Numbered from the stretch's first letter, positions 52,998-64,000 are shown. The stretch: DNA of 64,000 nt from Thalia democratica (GCA_965202585.1 OZ241833.1:39184001-39248000), one strand, 5' to 3'. The notes: generated by a model not told the origin, from the sequence alone. Translations and numbers: made by a program.

Positions 52998-54011
52998 TAT
53001 TGTATACCATATTTATCTAAACGTAATTTAAAGATGATATTATTATATCTCTATCTTTATCGGATATAAATAGGTATAGCAACTTAATTTAGTTATAAAA
53101 TAAACAACAAAAACTATGTACAATTTATTACTTTTACATACGAACGATTCAAAATGGTGCGCGACGCTTAAGTTTTCTACACATTAATCTTATACGAACT
53201 TCAATATCGATAAAAGTGGAAAATACAATATTTATGAACGTAGAAATCCTATCAAAATTGTTTCATATCGTACCACAGCTTACGTCTTCGGCCTCGAAGT
53301 CTCACGTAAGCTGTTTTATATCGTTCTCTAGTTAACCTCTGCGGCCGCGCAGTCCCAAGCCAACTATTTTGTATCGTACTGCCATTCACGTCTCCGGCCT
53401 CAAAGTCTCACGTGAAAAGTTGCAACTACTTCCACGAAGGAAGAGTCGCCCCGTTGAAGCGGCCTAGGTCCGTTCCGTAGGGTAGTTGAGGTTTAGTAAC
53501 CTAATTTGTAGATGTGCTTCATCGTTTATATACATTTTTACTCTCTCTTTTGCAGGTGGCTTGACATGTTGCAGGTGTCTTGACTTGTTAACAGTTGCAG
53601 GTGGCTTGACATGTTGACAATTGCAGGTGTCTCGTTGCATGTTGGAAGCTGCAAGTGTTTCGGCATGTTGGTATATGCATGTTGGAATCTGCAGGTGTCT
53701 CGGCATGTTGGAATATGCATGTTGGAATTTGCAGGTGTCTCGGCACGGTTTTAATAGCCAGCTTACATACTCACCTGGTTTTGAAAACGGCAATTAATGA
53801 ATACAAAATTGTATTTATTTTGCCTTTGTCAATCAAAAAATATCGAGTAGAGTTTAAAATATAAATTAGAGAACTGTTGTTATTATTTATTTGAAACTTG
53901 TCTTTTTATAAAAAACTTTAATTTAAAAAGTTTTAAATTTTATTCTAATGCATGCATCGACATATGGACAATTGAAGTGAAATAAGTATAATTTCACATA
54001 AATGTCCAACA
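52998..54011 (-). repeat. Complete 3' LTR (LTR-B, 1014 bp)
   Basis: Begins TGTTGGACAT at 54011 like the element 5' end at 60379; ends GGTATACAATA at 52998, and this end recurs (35/36) at 55581-55616; AATAAA at ~53125; weak purine-rich PPT-like ATAGAATAGAG just upstream. Confidence 0.75.
53551..53746. repeat. Modular minisatellite inside LTR-B (19-bp TGCAGGTGTCTCGGCATGT module plus 7-bp modules)
   Basis: Six CAGGTG, one CAAGTG and seven CATGTT counted directly; it accounts for the overlapping ORFs at 53464-53864. Confidence 0.88.
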
Positions 54012-55562
54012 TCGACTCTATTCTATAAAATAAATTTTTTTTTTTAATTTGCCAAGAAAAAGAAATAAAAATTTACACGTTGTAATAGAGTTTTGTTGCC
54101 ATTGACAATTAAATAATAAAAACACCAAAATAACTTCAAACTCCAAAATCTTATTTTTGTCTGCAATATTTACAAGCAATCACTAAAAAAACCAAAAACG
54201 AGAACCATTGATACAATTATCTAGGACTAAAAACGCTAAGGCATTGACGCAAAAAATAACATACATTTTGTTTAAACAAACCACATAGTATTTTTTATCT
54301 TATTGTAAACAACTTGTTATTTAAGTGTTGATACAATAGGCTTATGAACTTGAAATTGTGAAATTAGTTTTTATTTTGAAACATTTACTCTTAAAATACT
54401 TAACTCATGCAGTAAAAATTAAAAACTAACAATTTAATTTGTAAATTCTATAAATATACTTAAGTCATATAAAATGTCTAAAGCAAAATAAAGAATAAAT
54501 ATTTTTACAAGGATATTTCTATAGTTGAGAGAACTTTGTATCATATGCAAATTTTAACTATATACAACAAACGGTTTTTTTTAAGTTTTTTATGTTTAAA
54601 CAATATTTACACAAATATACACATATAAAGATATATAGTTTTAAAAGTTATCTACAAAGTTTAAACTTTGCTTTGTCTTACTGTAGATGTTAATGTTTGA
54701 CTTTGGTTGATTTGCAGACTATTAATAAATGACTTGGTCGACTTCATTTTATAAGTGCTTTTACTTCTGTTCAAGATATATAGCTGTCATAGATTATTTA
54801 ATGAAGTGGTTGAACAACAATCGCTTTTCTTCACATACATATATTGTTTTGTTGCTAAATCGAGTTTCTACCTTCCGGGTGGAATAAGTACGCATACATA
54901 AGCACTCTTTTTAACTGTTTTATTTCTAGTACTGGAACACTTAAATCAAGAGTGATTTTCTTTGCTGCAAATTAAATGCCTTTATGTCTGTGCGGCTGAT
55001 AAAAAGCGATTATATTTTTACGACAAAAACAAGTGCAATGGGAGTTAAAAGTGCTTTCTTTGCGGCTTACATGCGCTCATTGACGGCTTATATGCGATTA
55101 GCGACTTTTTAATAATAAAAGCTTTGCGTTAAAATTTTGTACACATTTAGCACAAATTATAGAAATATAGATGACAAAAAAAAACTGCACATACATTAGG
55201 AAATAAAGCAATTCTTTATTTTTTTTTTGCTAGCAATTAAACCACTCGAGAAATAAACACTATCATTTTAATAAAACTCAGTAGACTGTTACCACACGCT
55301 TTTACCTTTAATTTTACACTCACTGTCACAAAACCGGTGATTTACACTACCATCCTTACTAAAATCAAAAAAGCGATCATCACAAACTATAATTAAGTTC
55401 AGTTTTACACGTAGAAAAGCATTGAAGAAATTATTCCGAGTTGTAAGTCTAAAAGATAAATAAATTCTTAAAAAATAACTTAGTAAAATAAATTATTTTC
55501 TGATCGGTTTTAATTAAATCGTTACTTATGTTTGCCTTGTCTTCGAAAGGTTAGTTTTAAGA

Positions 55563-55616
55563 GCTGTTAGAGGACGCCAATATTGTATACCATATTTATT
55601 TAAACGTAATTTAAAG
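55563..55616 (-). other. Isolated 36-bp LTR-B 3' end followed by a PBS-like TGGCGTCC
   Basis: 55581-55616 matches 52998-53033 at 35/36; it is followed on the minus strand by T-TGGCGTCCTC (TGG-initiated, typical PBS position; cognate tRNA not established). Confidence 0.65.
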
Positions 55617-58600
55617 GGATAAGTTGTTCAGTTTCTGATTCATTTTGTAGGTCTAGTTCTTCGTCCGAATCGCGGTGTTCTAAGTATTGGACCATTTTAT
55701 TGTTCGTTACGACGTTTTTACAATTGTCATCGTATTCTTGAGTTTCTTCGTTGAAAGCAACAAGTATTGGGCGACTTAATAAATCAGCTGTTTTGTTTTG
55801 ATCGCCTGGAATATACTCCATTTTTGGAGCATATTCTTTAATAATGGCTATGTACTTTTCTTCTTTTGGAGAGTGATCTCCGGTAGCGTTGTTAATAGCA
55901 TCTACCAAGGCTCGGTGGTCTGTTTTTACTCGAAGTTGCCTTCCAATAATTCTAATTTTAAAATGCTTTATACTAAGGTATAAAGCTGTCAGTTCACGGA
56001 AAAATACCGATCTTACTGATTGAAGTACTGGTAATTTTTTTGAAAAGAATGCAAGAGGTTTAAGATTTCCTAGTTCGTCCTCTTGTTCAAGCACTGCCCC
56101 AATATGCGTAGAAGAGGCGTCTGTAGAAAGAATCAGCTCTTTTTTTGGATTTTCTTAGGAGAGATGAGTAGCTGAGACAAGGGTTTGAATTGCTTTTTCA
56201 AAAGCTTCTTGATGTTCTGTCTTCCATTTTAATCGTTTTCTTGAATTTTTCGGTTCTCCTTTGGTAAGTTCATATAACGGTTGAATTTTCTCGGCCAAAT
56301 TCGAAGCAAATTTATTGTAGTAGTTTAAACAACCAAGGAAAGATCGCAATTGTTTTATTGTTTGTGGTGGTTGAAAGTTTTCGATTGCCTTAACTTTACT
56401 TTTCTGCATAAAAAAACCTTTGCTGCTCAACATGTGTCCTAGATATTGAACTTCTTCAGCTGCGAATTTGCACTTTTCGCGGTTGATACGTAGGCCAAAT
56501 TCGTTTAACCTAAACAACACTGTAAACAAATGTTTCATATGTTCTTCAACTGTTTTTGAGTAGATTAAAATGTCGTCTATATATGTGAAACTAAATTCAT
56601 GGCACGGGGCCATTATATCGTCCATAAGTCTTTGAAAGGCCATAGGGGCATTCTTAAGGCCAAATGTTCTTAATGGCAGAAACGTGCCATATTGCGAAAT
56701 CATGGCCGCTACTTTTTTTGCCCGGTCGGTCAAAGGGAGGTTGAGATATGCCTCTTTCAGGTCGAGTGTGGAAAATACTTTTGAGTCGATTGGAATAATG
56801 GCCGAAAGGTCATCGATATTTGGCAGAGGATAGCTCAATATCTTGGTGTATTGGTTGATATGTTGGTAGTCTACACATACTCTTGGTTCCCCGTTCTTTT
56901 TTCTAACCACGGTTAGTGGGGATACTATGTCGGAGTTGCCTCTTATGACTGCTCCTTGTTTAAGTAGTTTGTTAAAATTGTTTTCAATCTCTTTAGAAAC
57001 AACATTGTTTGTTTTTCTAGCTTTTTGATGTCGTGGTAAAAATCCTTTTTCAAGGTCTATGTCTAGTTCGTGGTTGTGTTTAGGTTTTTCGTTGTAGTTT
57101 GGTTCTTTCTCAATTTCGGGAAATAATGTCAGAAGTTTTTCTATATCATCTAATGTTTTTGATTTACGTGGCAGATTTGTTAAATGTTTTAATTTAAGTT
57201 TAATTCCAGTTTTTGTCTGCGCGATGATTTTTTCTTGAGGTATAATTGTCAAGTTGCGATTTATAATGAAATCTAACCCGAGAATTGCAAACGGGTTGTT
57301 TGAGTCAATTACGTAGAAAAAATGAGGTGAATCTGGTTTTAAGCCAATGTTAACATTTAACATTACGTGGCCTAGCACTTTCGTTTTGTTTCCATTTATT
57401 TCAGAGATGAAAGGTGCTGATTTATCTTCTTTATATGAGTTAACCATATTTTTTGATATTATAGAGACTTCTGCACCAGTATCAAATAAATATGGTATAT
57501 TCGTATGATTGTCCGTTAAGACTAAGAGTTCTGTTTTGCTGTTTGGTTTTGTTTCGTATAAGACTTTATTATCAAGAAATTTGTCTAATACTATTTTTGG
57601 TTCTTGTATATTTTGTGTATCGTTTTGATCAATAGTAGCACATGATTCTTCTAATTCTTTTGTGCTATTTATTGATTTTTCTTCTATTTTATCAATTTTA
57701 TTTACGCCTTCTTCCTGTATTCTTGTCATATTTACTACCGATGATTTTTGTTTAAGATACTCTAATTTATTTTCTAAAAATTTTTGATACATATCACATT
57801 GCGGCCCTTCGCAGTTGTAGGCTTTTTCACCAAAACGCATATGATGGTAACATCTATTAGAGTTTTTATTATTGAACTGGTTTTGATTTTCTCTGTAGTC
57901 TTGTGAGAAATTGCCTTTGCTTTTATAGTTGTTGTTCGTGTTATTTTGTGCAAAGTTCTGTCTAAAGTTTCGGTTTTGTTTTTGATCAAGTGTGTTGTGC
58001 AATTTATTGTTGAAATTATATTGATTGGTGGAATTTTTTGCATTGTAGTTTGTTTTTAATTCAGCCGGGCCTTGTTCAAGAGTCCACATCACTCTTGACT
58101 TGAACTTATGAATAGGTAATTCCAGATCCTTTCTTAGTATTTCCTTTGCCCATTTTGGGCTGTAACTAAGAGTTAGATGTTTATAGAGGTCGTCTTGTGA
58201 ACAAGTAAGACCTTTTGTCACTAGTTGATGGATATCTTTAAATGTTGGGGTACGACTCCAAACGGGAGGTGATTTGTGTATATTAGGTAAACATGGTGTC
58301 ATGCTTAAAATTTCCTGTTTAAAACAAGTGTAACTCGATGGTTTGCCAGCTTTTACATATGAGAGTACGTCATTTATTGGCCAAATTCCAATAATGATTT
58401 CAAATTGCGCATGGTCGTCAAAAATTCCTTGACTTTTACATTGGATCTCAAAAAGATCGAACTCAGCCATGGGCCTTTCGCCTGTTATTTTTCTAAACGC
58501 TCGTTCTTGAAATTTGTTTGATAGTCTTGAATTTGTTGGTTGATGGAAGGTACGATGATCAGTCGGAAGACTTTGGTTGTCAATGTGGTTGCCGTTGGGT

Positions 58601-59345
58601 AGATATTTGTTGTTTTTATTATAAGTTTGGTCTAGCTTTTTTTGTAAAATGTTCATTTCTCTTTGTAAACTTTTTATTGTAGTACCATCTTCACAGTCTA
58701 CGTCTATGCTTTGGTCACTTGACTGTGTGTGATTTGCAAGGCGAATTGGGTTTTTTTAATAGAACAGGATTTTGCTACAGAATTAGATGAAAGAGTATTT
58801 GAGTGTATTAGCGGGGCAGGGAGTGCGGACATTGTTTCACTTGTCGTTGGGGGAATAGTGTGTAATCTTCTCGTGTTTGGGTAACCTTGAAGGTTGTCGC
58901 CGAACATCGCTTCATCTGTTGTAGCTGAATGTGATCTTCTAGGATCTGTTGAATTTATTTGTGAGTTATAATTACAAATTGTGCTTACCTCGGCTCTTGC
59001 AGGGGGGTTGAGTGATTGATTATTCTGTAAAGAAATTGCATTTATAATAGTATTAAATTTATTTTCTACTAATTTAGTTAACTCATTTATTCTTTTTGTA
59101 TTGTCTTCGATGGTTGGTTTGCTGTTCTTCACCGGGACGCCATTAATGCTCCCGGTGTTACCGGCGTCCCCAGATTCCTCTGAAGCCAACCCTGTAACAG
59201 GTTCAGCAGCCTCAACAGGAGCTAGATTCGCGGTAGTTCCGGGGCATTCTTCTGAAGTATTCTCGGTTTGCGATAGTACTTCGGTCCTGGATCGCGTTCT
59301 TGGGGGTTTAAGAACCTTTTTTAAGGTTTTTTCAATAGAGGACAT
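55600..59345 (-). pseudogene. gag-protease-RT-RNase H polyprotein with one frameshift and one in-frame stop; no integrase
   Basis: Gag knuckle RCYHHMRFGEKAYNCEGPQC; protease YLFDTGAEVSII; RT SPLTVVRKKNG..RVCVDY, LDLKEAY, FGLKNAP, YIDD; RNase H TDAS, RELTAL, TDHRAL, ADLLSR. TAA at 56155-56157 is in frame on both sides; -1 offset at the A7 run (58751-58757). Confidence 0.92.
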
Positions 59346-59984
59346 TTAATTAGATTAGATACAATGAGTTTTTTATAGTTTCAGTTTATTATTTACAATA
59401 AAAAATACAAAAAAACAAGTAACACACAAATAACTGCAAAGTTCAGTTAAATTAGGAAAATGAGCAGAAATATGCTTTCTGCTCTGTTTCACTGCGGTGT
59501 GACGAGTGGTTGTTTTGCTCAGACTCCGTTGATGGTTTACCTCGAAGGGTCGGGCTGGGCACGTTCTCTTGGTCGTGGTCGTTGAACTGTGATCGTGCGA
59601 TAAGCGAAATAAAATTTTAATTTACACAAGAAATATTTACAAAATAAATGTACACTATTTTGAGTGTTGGGTTGCTGAACAAAGACTTAATCAGAACAAT
59701 ACCACTCGCAATGGTTTCGTTAGGAGTTATCTATCAAATGACTTAGCTATACGCTAAAATTCTAAAGCACGTTACAAACTCAAGTCGAGTTTGACGCCCC
59801 GATATTTATAAGTTACAAAATTAAAGACACGCAAACCTCAATTTGAGCTAAGCGCCTCGTTGTAGTAATTAAATTAGAATCACTCAAAAAAAACGCTTTG
59901 AATGATTAATTTGAAGTGCTTGTGCGGCCACAATCACTGATTGTGACGTAATGAGATAAGATTTGAGATCTTCGATCGACGTTG

Positions 59985-60120
59985 TAATTTCAAAATGGCG
60001 ACTGTCGCTTCGGACTGAAACCGGCGTAGTGGTGCTTCTTGTTAACGTTGAAATCCAAATGATCTGCCTTCTCGTTCGCTCGGCTCTTTTTATACGCTTC
60101 TCTTACATAACATCACCTGG
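59985..60120 (-). promoter_or_regulatory. Pol II promoter of the 5' LTR (LTR-A): TATA box, Inr-like TCATT, YY1-type motif
   Basis: TATAAAAAG at 60094-60086, ATCATT about 30 nt downstream, CGCCATTTTG at ~59999-59990; motif-level evidence only. Confidence 0.55.
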
Positions 60121-61944
60121 TCAAGACATGATTGTATGATGTAACATGCTGATTAAGGCATGAAAACCCGGCGTGATCGGTGGTTGATTCTATATTGTGT
60201 TCAAAACGAAATGCGTCAACTAGCGGTTGTTTAATATTATAATTTAAAGTGGTTTTTATAGGAATGAGTTTTGTTATTTAACAAAACAACGAAATTTTTT
60301 TTAAAAAATAACTTTAAATGAGTTCAATTTTAAGGCAATCGACGTGAAAGTAATAAGACCTTCACGTTGATGTCCAACACTAGTAACGTATGTCAAAAAC
60401 TAAATATATTTATTATTTATTGTTTTTAAATATTCTTCAAAAAATTAAATATATTCCTTAGTGTCTTTGGTTTTTATATCAACATAATTTTTTTAAGAAA
60501 TAGGTCATTTTTTGTTTTTAAGTTTTGGTTTTTAATTGTGGTCCTACTGCTTAAAGTATAATTTAGAAAATTTAAATTCACTGAGGAATAAAAATATTTT
60601 TGTTAGAAATTTTAAAGTAAAATAAAAAAAATTAATAAAAATAAACCGTCTGTAAGTTGTCTTTAATTATTGTTACATGCTTTTATTAAAATATTTAAGT
60701 AAAAATTTTATCTTAATAATTGTAGCAATAACAATGTAATTATTATTTGAATTTTAATATATTTTTTATTCATTAAGCAACAACACCAAAATTATAGACT
60801 AAAACTGAAAAAAAAGTACCTTGTATCTCAAAATATATTAAAATTATAATAAAAACAAAGACACTAAAGAGTAATACTAATTTATTTGAGATAATTTATG
60901 ATAATAAATGATTTAAAAACATATTAATATTTTGAGAAGCTTTCAAAGGTATAAAAAAATCCAAAATGTCCCTTTTTTTCTATGCCCTTTAAACTATCAA
61001 ATTAACCTAAAATCGAATTCTTCATATTTTATTTTAGTTCTAATTTTTAACTAAAAAACTGCTAAAATATATACAACTTATATAAATGTATTGTAATTTT
61101 TTTTTATACTATATTTATAAAACATTAACTATAATTAACATATATTACAACATTAACAATCAACCGTTAATAACTATACAAGTAAGTAATTAGTTTGTAA
61201 CGTTAAAACATTTCACTTTAAATTAAGTTTATAATGTTTTAAGCGTTATATGTTATCTGCCATCAGGTGCTGTTATCACTGGTTTATTATAATTTAAAGA
61301 AATTGAAGTTCTTCAATCCGGAATATTGTTGTGAATATTACAGATGTTTCAAGTTATTTTCATTATAAAGTTTAACATACTTTATCAAAAATATTGTATA
61401 CTTAATTACTTTAAAACTTTTAAACATTTTATAAACTTTGATACAATTTGTAATGATCCCTTGAAATAGATATTTTGTTGTTGTAGATATATATTTGTAT
61501 TTAGTTATTTAATCGTAAAACATTTGACATAATAACAATTCTACGAGATTTAAAAATACTGTGGCTATCTTACATACAAATGGTATAATTCAAAGTTCTG
61601 ATAAAAATCACTCAAATAATGAAAATAGTATAAATTTTAATACTTTAAAATAACTTGAGGTTTGGCATATTTAGTTATATACCACTCTACAACAAATTAG
61701 TATAAATTAAAACAACTTATCAATTTACTCTTTAGAATTTAGTACTAGTTTTGTGTATAGTGTAAATTTAACTTATTATATTTTTCATCAGTTTTACTTG
61801 TATTCTATATGTTTTAATCAAATTTTTTTAGCTTGACTTCTTTCAAAACTAATTTAGGTTTAATATAGTCAATTGTACGTTCGAAAATTATTAAGAAGAA
61901 CAAAAATTATTTAAACTTATAAGTATTAAAGGTAGCTTATCAAT

Positions 61945-62347
61945 TAATTGTGCTAAAATGTGTTCAAAGTAGGAAGCATCTTACTGCTAACATGAGAACA
62001 AACACGGGAGAAAAATTACAATTTGTTCTAATTGCGATAAAAGATTTGCTCAAAAACAACATTTACAAAGACATCAGGCAACTTACAGTGATGAGAGAAA
62101 ATTTAAGTGCAAGATATGCCCTGATGACAAATATTTCAAAGCTAAAGGTCAACTGAGTATTTACATGCGTTTTCATAATGAACAGAAACATTCTTGCCTG
62201 CTATGTAACAGGAAGTTTTATACTTCAACACATTTGAAAGAACGTATCAAGTATTATTTTAAACCAACTTACTCTTGTGCAAAGTGCGGTAAAAAATATC
62301 ATACCTCTAGTAGTTTAAATCATCATAAAGAAAGCAAAAATTGTTAG
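61945..62347 (+). pseudogene. C2H2 zinc-finger locus 5 remnant (finger exon only)
   Basis: NTGEK linker, a frameshift, then CSNCDKRFAQKQHLQRHQATY-SDERKFK-CKICPDDKYFKAKGQLSIYMRFH-...-CAKCGKKYHTSSSLNHHKESKNC*, colinear with the locus 4 fingers; several Zn-binding His are lost; no upstream exons recognised. Confidence 0.82.
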
Positions 62348-64000
62348 TTCAAACTTTATGCAAATTATTTTTCACTACTTAAACTGGCTCAGTGATTCTT
62401 ATTTATTTTTAGTAGTGCAATTTTTTTTTAGTCAATAAGTTACTGTCGCATCAACTGTTTCTTAATTTACCAACATAACTACAATAAAATTATGACTTCT
62501 GTACTGATTTTAGATCAGAATATTTTTTAATGACTTTTAACTATGTGCTAAAATTATTTAAAGTTTTCAATTAGTATGTTTTCAAAATACATTTTTTTTA
62601 CTTTTTGTTTTTTTATTTTTTTAGTTGTTATACTTGTTCTATTTAAGCTATTCTTACAGTAAGGCTTATTAAACTTTGTGAAAATGATATCTAAAGGTTT
62701 GCTAAAAACTTCGTAGTTTGAGAATTTATCACTATAAAAGCTTAAAGGAGTTTTTTGTTGCATTGAATAAAAAATTAAATTAATTAAAGTAACACTACTT
62801 TTGTTTAGTTTATATCTTACATTACTTGGTCATATACTACTAAAACTGAGAAGGTCCTAATATTTGAAGACTTTTGTTTTTTGATTGCCTTAATTTTTAA
62901 GTTTTGAAAATTAGTGAACGTAATTCAAAATCCAACAATTCAAAATCTTAATGAAATTTCATAAAACCTTAATTCAAAAAGAAGTGTTAATTAGAAAATA
63001 ATAAAATGTATGTATGTAAGTCTTGTTAATATCTACAAGCCTTTATATTATTTTAGCACAATTTAAATAATTATAGTTAAATAACTTGAGATATAGTTAA
63101 AATAAGCTCAAAAAGTAATAATAACTAGTTATTTTAGTAGTTATTGATAGTCTTTCAAATTATTAAAAAATAAATTACCCAATGTTATTAATAGTACCTA
63201 CAAACATAGTTTTAAACCTCACTAAAGTTTATAACTTTTTGATACATGGCCTCTTAAATAGTCTTTTAAGAATTTGAATCGTCATGTAAATTTAAAAAAC
63301 TAGTATTTGTTCTTAAAAAACTGCGAAATTACTGAAATTATCATTATGTTAAGTTAAGACTGAAAAAGTATTTTCTAGTTTTTGATATTTAAAGAAATTA
63401 TTTGTGTATATTTTTGTATTGTAATTTTAATTTTACTAGCAAATACGATGTCTCAGTTCCTTAAATACTTTTTTTATTTTGAACTTTATTTTCGTAAATT
63501 TATTATTTTGAAATATTTTTTTTTAATAATTTTGTTTTAAATAAGACCTATTTACCAAATATTTATCATAAATATTTATTTAGGCAGAGTTATAAGTTAT
63601 TATATGTAGTATAGTTACTGTATATTTTTATACAAACTTATTTTTATTATTTTTATACATAATCTTAAATTTTATGTCCAGTAAAATTTATCAATGCCAT
63701 ACTTTAAATCTTTAATTTACTATCTTTTCACACTTGAAACTTGTTTTTTATTTAAAGTTAGAGATACTGTTTTTAATTCAATAAAACGTAACAGTTTATT
63801 CACAACCTTATGCTATTTAACATACTGCACATAACATAGTTATTGCTAGTAGGTGATAATTTTCAACAAGCAACTGTGCACAATTTAAGTAAATATTAAA
63901 ATGACTTTATAATCAGATGTAGTTTGGTTTGTGACGAATAAATATTCATATCAAATTATCTAAACAGTAAAAAAAAGCTAGTAAATAATATTTTTTTTCT

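Larger units (their letters stand above)
52998..60379 (-). mobile_element. Ty3/Gypsy LTR retroelement insertion, chimeric and integrase-less (7382 bp)
   Basis: Minus-strand termini TGTTG...CAATA; 4-bp TSD CTAG (52994-52997 and 60380-60383); host MITE continuous across the site; gag, protease, RT and RNase H motifs inside. Confidence 0.85.
52900..61065. mobile_element. Second copy of the palindromic MITE family, split by the retroelement (pieces ~52900-52997 and 60380-61065)
   Basis: The left-arm sequence CTAGAGCCCAC...TTTTATTG stops at 52997 and resumes as TAACGTATGTCAAAAA at 60384, colinear with copy 1 (GAACATACGTCAAAAA). Confidence 0.7.

Noticed and set aside
53464-53864. Three overlapping ORFs (109, 60, 69 aa) as an accessory or env-like gene
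   Set aside because: They arise from the stop-poor minisatellite within the LTR.
55600-59345. DIRS/tyrosine-recombinase element or Gmr1-type integrase-before-RT arrangement
   Set aside because: An aspartic protease is present, no recombinase ORF is seen, and the protease-RT interval is short with no integrase motifs.
55798-59349. Alternative-frame or antisense ORFs at 55798, 57774 and 59101
   Set aside because: They overlap gag-pol, with low-complexity translations and no independent support.
59790-59812. AATATCGGGGCGTC as the LTR-A end and PBS
   Set aside because: It resembles the B junction (AATATTGGCGTC) but lacks TGG and has no second copy to confirm it; the LTR-A 3' boundary is left undetermined.
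51910-61065. The two ~700-bp direct repeats flanking the retroelement as its LTRs
   Set aside because: They are only ~70% similar and internally palindromic while pol is nearly intact; the true termini and CTAG TSD lie inside the second copy.

Overview
AT-rich eukaryotic (metazoan, probably invertebrate) genomic DNA with GT-AG introns; no prokaryotic features, rRNA, tRNA or CRISPR array were seen. All coordinates, alignments and identities were read by eye. Genes: the 3' end of a GPI-anchored Ly6/uPAR gene (1-249); a tandem cluster of five related C2H2 zinc-finger loci (22.0-39.8 kb plus a remnant at 62 kb) built from a shared 37-nt first coding exon, shuffled phase-1 acidic exons and one finger exon with an atypical Cx2Cx14H finger (two intact spliced ORFs, three disrupted); and a single-coding-exon 580-aa gene on the minus strand made of two tandem PARP-like (ADP-ribosyltransferase) units, the second looking like a pseudo-enzyme. 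Mobile DNA: a 7.4-kb Ty3/Gypsy insertion (52998-60379, CTAG target duplication) with non-identical LTRs, no integrase, and gag-PR-RT-RNaseH lying upstream of an LTR end plus PBS-like site; several hAT and palindromic MITEs; a hAT transposase remnant; a CR1-type LINE fragment; and 32-bp minisatellite arrays in both orientations. The best candidates for something undescribed are the double-PARP protein, the chimeric integrase-less retroelement (with a duplicated, covarying RNA hairpin in its LTR) and the exon-shuffled zinc-finger family.
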